DNA of 64,000 bases from assembly GCF_009914755.1 (NCBI RefSeq), contig NC_060930.1; one strand, 5' to 3'. A program made the translations under genes and the position numbers. The DNA comes from the human T2T-CHM13v2.0 reference genome, Homo sapiens. The notes under the pieces are model-generated. The model was not told where the DNA came from, did no database searches, and saw nothing but the letters and a program-made list of their open reading frames with translations. This document shows positions 55,363-64,000 of the stretch, piece after piece (the stretch's first letter is position 1; each line of letters starts with the position of its first letter).

Positions 55363-56008
55363 CCAGTTTTGACTGCAAGGATGGACCCCTGAAAACGCCC
55401 AAGGCTTCAGAGGATGACCGCTAGAGCCAGCAGTTTCTCTTTCCATAATCAATCATGTTATTTGATAGTTATGAGAGTTGATTCAAGATTGAGAGATGGA
55501 ATAGGCTGTTATTACTCAGGCTCATTTCCTAAAGTAAATCATAATTTATAGATGTGGGACACATAGGCTTTGAGATTCCGATACAATTAGTGCAAACATT
55601 TAGAAGATAAATTGGCCTCCATTCCAAGGTAACCAAATGGATCCCTTTTTTAAGAATTGAGAATACTATAAAACAAAGATGCAAAAATACCCAAAATTGA
55701 TCAATAAGGATCACGCAGAGATTTATTTTTTGAAGACAATACTAACATTTCAAATGTAGGAAATACTATTTTATGCTTTAAACAGGGACATTTAGTCTCG
55801 AGTTCTAGTTTTAATGCCCTAACCTGGTTTATCCATAAAGTGGAGAGAGGCTAGTGCATAAATTCATGTGGTACAGCCAATCTTATTCATTTTTTCTCAA
55901 GGGACAGTTATAACCAGAATGAACAAAGCCTGGAATTCATTAACAGAGCTTACAGGGAAGGTGAGTGGTTTCGAAGCATTTTTACTAATCCTTTGATAAG
56001 TCACCCTG

Positions 56009-56305
56009 ATGTGAGAGGTGGATTTAGCGACTTGCTTATGCCAAGTAGCATATGGCAAAAGTAATGATATTTCACTACCGCACGTATCTGCAAAGGGAGC
56101 ACTCACTCTGGGGCAAGCCAGGCCTGTGTCATGAAGACACTCGAGCAGCCCTGTGGAGAGGCCCAGGCGTAAGAAACAGACGCCTCTTACCAACAGTCAG
56201 TGAGGAACTGAGGTCTCCTGCCATGAGCCATGTGAGTGCGCGATCTTGGAGGTGGGTTCTCTAGCCCCTGTCAGGCAGTCAGATGATGCAGCCCCAGTCA
56301 CATGC
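56009..56305 (+). mobile_element. MLT1F-like LTR fragment
   Basis: gcagccctgtggagaggccca...gaggaactgaggtctcctgcc. Confidence 0.65.
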
Positions 56306-56904
56306 AATCAAGTCTAGGTTCTTGATATTCTAGTTACTTAAAGATTGTCAAGCAAGAAGTCATTTCTTCCCCGGCTATGCTATTCAAAGGTTCATGAATC
56401 TTTTGGATTTTGTATATTTTAGAAATTCCAGAATTTATCAGTAGGAACCAGAAATAGAATATCCAGCAGGAACGGCATGATGTATAAAAAAATATAGTCC
56501 TTTTTGTACATTCCCCTCTTCCATTATTCTAACTGTATCTACCTTCAAATCACACCTAAGATTTCAGGGATAGACCCTTTACCTCGAAGATAATGAAACC
56601 CATCAGATTATAATTTTTTTTTTTGTTATGGACAATTCCCTTCCCTAATATTTCTCAAACTGAAGGTTGTAATCTACTTCAAAGAGTCGTCCAAGGAAGG
56701 CATGGTGATCGACGAGTTTCAAATAACTATCAAATACATTTATTTATCCTAAAAACGTTGACAGTAATGATAGAAATACTCATTTTTAAAATTCTTGAAT
56801 TCTGATACATAGTTCTATTTTAAAGTCCTGAAATACCAGTATTTTTTTATTGGTATACTACAATTATACCACTATTTTTGGAAACTAAGGTCTGAATTAT
56901 TAAC

Positions 56905-57167
56905 TTCTTTTTTTTGAGATGAGGTGTCATCTGTTGTTGTTCAGGCTGGAGTGCAGTGGTGCAATCACGGCTCCCTGCAGCCTCAGATCCCTGGGCTCAA
57001 AGAAATCCTGTGAGCATGGCACTGTACCCAGCTGATTTTTTAATGGTTTGTAGAGACAGGGCTTTGCTTTGTTGCCCAGGCTGGTCTCAAGCTCCTAACA
57101 TCAAGCAATCCTCCTACCTTGGCCTCCCACACTGCTAGGATTACAGGTGTGAGTCACCATGCCCAGC
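56905..57167 (-). mobile_element. AluJ, internally deleted
   Basis: Diverged antisense Alu. Confidence 0.85.
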
Positions 57168-57448
57168 CTTTATTTATCTCTTAAAATGAAAGTCATTGAC
57201 TAAACTATTCAATTTTGTGCCAAAAAAAAGATGAACTAATGTGCAGTCTTCAAAACTGATAGGATTATTCTGGAAAATTTTGTACATACACACACAAAAA
57301 AAGAAGCATTGATGACTTTTGTTAAAAACACCAAATAATATGTCATTTTAAATGTTTATGAACGATTAATTTCTTATTTCAATATAATGCTTAGTTGATT
57401 ATTTGTAATAAAAGTTTATTTTTGTTTATGTGCTAATCCATTAGGATG

Positions 57449-57852
57449 TGATATAGTTTGGATATTTGTCCCTACCCACATCTCATGCTGAGTTGTAATC
57501 CCCAATGCCAGAGGTGGGGCCTGGTGGGAGATGTTTGGGTTCTGGGGGTGGGTCCCTCATGGCTTGATGCTGTCTTCTTGAGAGTGAGTTCTCATGAGAT
57601 CTGGTTATTTAAAAGTGGGTGGCACCTCCCTGCCCACTGTCTCTCACTTGTTCCTGCTCCTGCTCCTGCCATGTGATGTGCCTGCTCCCCCTTTGCCTTC
57701 CGCCATGATTGAAGCTTCCTGAGGCCTCCCAGAAGTAGAAGCCGCCATGCTTCCTGTATAGCCTGTAGAACCACAAGCCAATTAAACTTTTTTTAAATGA
57801 ATTACCCAGTCTCAGCTATTTCTTTATAGTAATGCAAGAATGGCATAATACA
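57449..57852 (+). mobile_element. MSTA/MSTB solo LTR
   Basis: tgatatagtttggat...taataca with perfect 5-bp TSD GGATG. Confidence 0.9.
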
Positions 57853-57974
57853 GGATGATAATATGTTGAAGGTTTATAGATTCAAAAAATGTATTTTAGT
57901 TAATTTGAAAAATAATGTAAGAAACACATGATAAATATTCAATTACGTTTGTGAAATACACTAAATCCCTACCT

Positions 57975-60672
57975 GCTTATTTCCTAGCTGGGCTGCTATA
58001 ACACAGTGCCACTCACTGGGTGGCTTTTACTGCTCACAGTTCTGGAGACGTGGACATTTACAATGAAGACTGATTAGGGCCAGTTTCCTGATTCACAGAT
58101 GGGGCCTCTCGCTGTGTCCTCACATGGCAGAGGGACAAACAGGCTCCCTCTCTCTCTTTTATATGGGCACTGATCCCATACATGAGAGGTCCACTCTCAG
58201 GACCAAATCACCCCCTTGAGACCCCACCTCTCAACACTATCACCATAAGGATTAGCCTTCAGCATCTGAATGTGTGGGGAGGAAGCACAAACATTTAGAT
58301 CACAGCGCCCTGTCCCTGGTTTCCCAAAGTTCACATCTTCCTCACGTGACAAGTACATTCATTCCATCCCAACAGCCCTACAAGTCTTAACTCGTTCCAG
58401 CATCAACTCAAAAGTGTGAAGTCCAGAGTCTCATTTAAACATCGTCTAAATCAAATACGTGTGTGATTTAAGGTAAAATTCATTGTGAGACAAACTGCTT
58501 TCCAGCTGTGAGCCTGTAAAATCAAACATGTTATGTGTTTCCAAATTCAATGGTAGGTGTTATGGTTTGGACTTGTGTCCCCACCCAAATCTCATTCAAT
58601 TATAATCCCCGGTGTTGGAGGTGAGGCCTGGTGGGAAGTGATTGGATCATGGGCCGGAGTTCTTAAGAATGGTTTGGTACCATCTCCCTTGGTACTGCAT
58701 AGTGCGTGAGTTCTCATAAAATCCAGTTGTTTAAAAGTGTATAGCACTTGTCCTTCTCTCTCCCTCCTGCTCCAGCCATGTAAGATGCCTGCTTCCCCTT
58801 TGCTTTTCACCATGATTGTAAGTTTCCTGAGGCCTCCCCAGAAGCTGAGCAGATGCCAGCATCATGCTTCCTATACAACCAATGGAACTATGAGCCAATT
58901 AAAAAATACTTTCCTTATAAATTACCCAGTCTCAGGTATTTCTTTGCAGCAGTGTGAGAATGAACTAATACAGCAGGATAGGCACAGGATAGACATTCCC
59001 ATTCCAAAAGAAACAATAGGAAAGAAGGAAGGGGAATGGGTCCTAAGTTCAAAACCTGAAGGCTGAAGAAAAATCTTTTTGACTCAATGTTCTGCCTTCT
59101 GGACACACTTCGTTGGTGGCTGGGCCCCCAAGTCTCTGGGAAGCTCCATCCCATGGCTTTGTTAGGCACTGGCAACTCTCATGGGTTGGAGTCAAATGCC
59201 TGTGGCTCTTCCAGACTGGAATTCCATGCTGGTGGCTCTACTAGGCTAGGGTCATGGGGCAGCCCCACTCCTTTTGGCATTTCCCTATTGTGGACATCTG
59301 CAGTCGATTCACCCTTGAGGTGACCCTCTGCCTGTGTCATGTGTCTGAGGCTCTGGGTGGCTCCAGCTTTTGAAATTGAGGTGGAGGTAGCCATGCCACT
59401 GTAACTCATGTGCTCTGTGCACCAGCAGAGATAGCACCATATGGACACTGCCAAGCTTTATAGCCTTTGACCCCTAGAGGAGAGGCACCGGCTCCCATAC
59501 CACCTGGGGCATCAAAGAGCATTGTGCTGGGATGTAGGGAGCAGAGCTTTGAGGTTATTCTGCCCCTCAGGCCCTGACACTGAGTCTGTAATGGGAGGGG
59601 AAGTGCCAGGAATCTGAAATGCTGCTAGGATCATTCTTCCACTCTCTTCGTGAATATCTCCTGGTTGATCCACACCAATCTTCTTATCTAATGATTGCTT
59701 TGCTACACTCTTTGTGCTCTCTCCCAAACACACTTTCTCATTTTTTTACAATATGAAAAGGCTGAGAATTTTCCAAATTTTAAGTTCTGCTTCCCTTTTG
59801 ATGAGAAAAAATCTGTCCTTAAGTCATTTCTCTCTTTTTACATTTTACTATATAAGATTTCAGGAGAAGCCAAGGCATGCCTTTAACCCTTAGCTTAGAA
59901 ATTTCTTCAGCCAAGTATTCTATTTAATTCCTCTCATGTTCTACCTTCCGCAAAACACTGGGACACAAACACAATTTAGCCAAGCTCATTGCCACTTTAT
60001 AACAGGCATTGCCATTCCTCCAGTATCCAATAGTATGTTACTCATTTCCATCTGAGACCTCCTTGGAATGGCTTTAACTGTCCATTTCTATGAACATTCT
60101 GATGACAACCACTTGGACCAGCTCTCAGAAGACTCAGGCTTTCTCTACAGCTCTCCTTATCTCCTCAGAGCCCACCCAGAATCCCCTTTAGTGATCTCTT
60201 TGTGGCCATGCAGGCTTTTTTCCAGCAAAACTCTTCTAGGCTTTCCCCATCACCCGCTTCCACTTCCATCTTTTAGGTATTGGTTACAGCAGTACCCCAG
60301 TCCTCAATACCAATTTCCTTAGTCTGTTTGGGCTTCTGTAATAATATACCATAAGCTGAGTGCATTATAAAGAGAAGGAATTTATTTCTCACAGTTCTGG
60401 AGGCTGAGAAGTCCAAGGTCAAGGAATAATTGGTGTCTAATAAGGCCCCATTTTCTGACTTGTGCATGTAGCCTTTTTGCTGTGTCCTCACATGGCAGAA
60501 GGGACAAAAGGCCTCCCTCCAGTCTCTTTTATAAGGGAACTAATTCCACTCATGAGGCTCTTCCCTCATCACCGAATTACCTCCCAAAACGCCCACCTTT
60601 CCACACCATCACATTGGGTATCAGATTTCAATATACACACTTTGAGGGGACATAGACATTCAGACCACAGCA
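57975..60672 (-). mobile_element. MaLR provirus (MLT1A-like LTR-internal-LTR)
   Basis: Similar LTRs at about 57975-58306 and 60314-60672 flank a MaLR-internal-like region. Confidence 0.75.
58558..58972 (+). mobile_element. MSTA-like LTR nested in the MaLR internal region
   Basis: tgttatggtttgg...gaactaataca, TSD gtagg/gcagg. Confidence 0.88.
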
Positions 60673-60763
60673 GTCATTTTTCTTTAGTGGAGAAAGAAAC
60701 TCGTAAGTGTGCCCCTCAGGGGATCGTTCATCACCTAGATACTTTGCCTGCAATTAAGATACA

Positions 60764-60782
60764 CTCTCACCAGGGGGCGTTA
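60764..60782 (+). promoter_or_regulatory. CTCF binding motif
   Basis: CTCTCACCAGGGGGCGTTA versus consensus TGGCCACCAGGGGGCGCTA. Confidence 0.6.
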
Positions 60783-61574
60783 TAGTCCAGGCAGCTATTT
60801 CTCCATAGGCATTGTTACCACCAGGAAATCCAGTTACACTTACATCTAACTACCCTCTTTTAATGAGAATATATCTCAAGAACATGAAGTTATTCTGATG
60901 CTGCTAAATGTAAAACAGTAGGTCACTTGTCCACACTCACCTGAGACTGAGGCAGTGCCACGCTGGGCCTGAGTGTCTTTCATTTCCTGGTGTTGGACTT
61001 TGAGCCATTAGAACCGTGAGCAGCTTGCAGTGTGTCCTTGGTGGGCCCAGCTTTCTGGGGTTACCAGCTGCAAGGTGGCGAGTATTCAGCTTGCCTCTGA
61101 AGAGCCTTTGTCTTGCTTTCCGGAGGTGATGGCCAACCGCACAATGACTAAAAGCTCCTTTCCTCTGAAGAGGAATCAGGGCTCAGATCTGCGACATAGC
61201 CCTTGAAAACTGAAATTTGGCTTTTTGCCCCCTTATGGATTTAGCCTGAATGTCTTCCGGAGTCTAAGGATATGTTGTCTGTAGTCTAAGGATATGTTTT
61301 CTTGATGATGATGTTACTGATGGAGGGAACAATTACAGCTTCCATTTATTGAGGGTTGACCATACATCAGGTGCTGTTTTGCTTCCATCATCAGTAGTTA
61401 ATTATTACTAGTAATTGTTTGTATGACTTTCTAGAGGGTTTGCTTTAATATATTCAAATAAATACACATTTCTACTCCTCTTTTACTTAAATGGTAGCAT
61501 ACTATATACACTGTTCCATACCTTGCTTTTTTCTCAATAATTTACCATGGAGTACTTTTCTCATTAATATATAA

Positions 61575-61865
<291 letters not shown>

Positions 61866-62657
61866 CAGGGTTGTTTTTGTTTGTTTGTTTGTTTTTCTTT
61901 AAAAAAAACAACAACAATTGTATAATGTTCTTCTGTAAGGAAGTGACGTTTATTTAACCTATCCCCAACTGAAGGGTATACCTGTTGTTTCCGATCTTGC
62001 TATTACACACCGTGCTGTAGTGAATGCCACATGAAACTGTATACATCACATAGGGACAGATGTATGTCTGCCATTGTGATGGGCTGTGACAATTTACACT
62101 TTTGAGCAATACATAAAAACACTTACTAGATGCTTCTCCCCACCCATCCCAGTAGTACTAACAAATTATTGAATCTTTCCCAGTGCTGCAAACATGTTGT
62201 CTCATTTAATTCTCACACCAGCCTGTTTACTGGGCGTACAATTGCCGTGGTTCAGAACTGTGCCGTGAGCTCACCTGGCTGGGGAGAGAGGGCTGGTTCT
62301 CAAGCAATGGTGTTATGCTGCACTCCCAGTAATCCCTTTATCTTAAATTTGGTTAGGATGTTTCTCTAATCAGATGTGCAGAAGGTTATCATTTTATTCA
62401 ATTATATATATATATGTATAAATATACACACAGACGTATACCCTGCCTCTTACAGTATATTTATTCAACCTGACTTTTGAAAGGTTAAAAATAAATTTGT
62501 AGCACCTACATATCCCTACTAAAGTACTGAAACTTCCGTTTTATTAATGGGGTTTCCTTTTCTTCTTGGCTGTGGATTTTTAGATAGTTACCTTTAATGT
62601 ATTATCAATTTCTGTCTTGATTCCAGGTAATCAGATTTTGTAAGTAAGAAAATATGA

Positions 62658-64000
62658 GGGGAGGGGCCAAGATGGCCAAATAGGAAAACTTCTGGTCTGT
62701 AGCTTCCAACGAGAACAACGCAGAAGGTGGGTAATTTCTGCATTTTCAACTGAGGTACCCAGTTCATCTCACTGGGACTTAGGCAGTGGGCCCAGCCCTC
62801 AGAGGGGGAGCAGAAGCAGGGTGGGACATCAATTCACCTGGGAACTACAAGGAGCTGGGGGACCTCCCTCCCCCAGCCAAGGGAAGCTGTGAGCGACTGT
62901 GCTACCCAGCCCGGATACTACACTTTTCCCCTGGTTTTTGCAATCTGCAGATCAGGAGCTTCCCTCTTGTGCCTACACCACAAGGGCCCTGGGTTTCAAG
63001 TGGCTGTTTGGGCAGACACTGAGCTAGCTGCAGGAGTTTTTTTCATACCCCAGTGGTGACTGGAACCCCAGCAAGACAGAATCATTCACTCTCCTGGAAA
63101 GGGGGCTGAAGCCAGACAGCCAAGTGGTCTCGCTCAGCAGGTCCCACTCCCACGGAGCCTCGCAAGCTAAGAACCATTGGCTTGAAATTCTTGCTGCCAG
63201 CACAGCAATCTGAAGTTGACCTGGGACAATCAAGCTTTGTGGGCGGAGGGGCATCGCCATTACTGAGGCTTTGGTCGGTGGTTTTCCCCTGACGGTACTG
63301 AGGCTGGGAGGTCTGGACTGGACAGAATTCACCACAGTGTGTCAAAGCAGCTGTGGCCAGACTGCTTCTCTAGATTCTTCCGCAATGGGCAGGGAATCTC
63401 TGAAGGAGGTTAACAGCCCCAGTCAGGGGCTTACAGACAAAACCCCCATCTTCTGGGGACAGAGCACCTGGGGGAAGGGGCAGCTGTGAGCGCAGCTTCT
63501 GTGGATTTAATCATTCCTGCCTGCCTGCTCTGAAGAGAGCAGCTGGTCCTGACAAGAGGGATTCTCCCAGCACAGCGCACCAGCTCTGCTAAGGGACAGA
63601 CTACTTCCTAAGTGGGTCCCTGACCCCCCCTGCCTCCTGACTGGGAGAGACCTCCCACCAGGGGTCAACAGACACCTCATATAGGAGAGCTCTGGCTGGC
63701 ATCAGGCCAGTGCCCCTCTGGGACAAAGCTTCCAGAAGAAGAAGCAGGCAGCAATCTTTATTGTTCTGCAGACTCCACTGGTGACACCCAGGCAAACAGG
63801 GTCTGGGATCTGCAGTGGACCTCCAGCAAACTGCAGCAGACCTACAGAAGAGGGCCCTGACTGTTAGAAGAAAAGCTAACAGAAAGCAACAACATCAATA
63901 TCAACAAAAAGGACCCCCACACAAAAACCCCACCCAAAGGTCATCAGCCTTACAGATCAAAGGTAGCTAAATCCATGAATATGAGGAAAAAGCAGCACAA
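62658..64000 (+). mobile_element. LINE-1 (L1PA7/8-like) intact 5' end: 5'UTR and ORF1 start; continues beyond the window
   Basis: ggggaggggccaagatggcc start with YY1 motif; A-rich target aagaaaatatga upstream; ORF1 ATG at 63981 (MRKKQH). Confidence 0.93.

Overview
Primate (almost certainly human) genomic DNA, repeat-rich and nearly gene-free. The two gene remnants point to chr6q27, just downstream of TCP10L2; that placement comes from recalled protein sequences, not from a database search. The window holds (i) the last two exons of a TCP10/CENPJ-type G-box gene on +, frame intact and abutting a 3'-truncated antisense L1; (ii) an orphan duplicate of the UNC93A terminal exon on -, with acceptor, stop and polyA signal; (iii) a 7.2-kb HUERS-P1/LTR8-type ERV; (iv) a dense cluster of MER4-group, MER50, MER52, MaLR and ERVL LTR elements, about 11 Alus, two L1PA7/8-like 5' ends, 66-bp and 80-bp minisatellites, and two strong CTCF motifs. 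The most notable observation is that the ERV is structured as an L1-mediated retrocopy of viral RNA (R-U5-PBS-internal-PPT-U3-R-polyA, 14-bp TSD at an L1 endonuclease site) rather than a provirus, and its 3' polyA signal is mutated. There is no CRISPR, tRNA or rRNA, and no convincing wholly new protein-coding system. Most ORFs in the track are repeat-derived or chance. Repeat subfamily names are from memory of consensus sequences and need RepeatMasker/Dfam confirmation.
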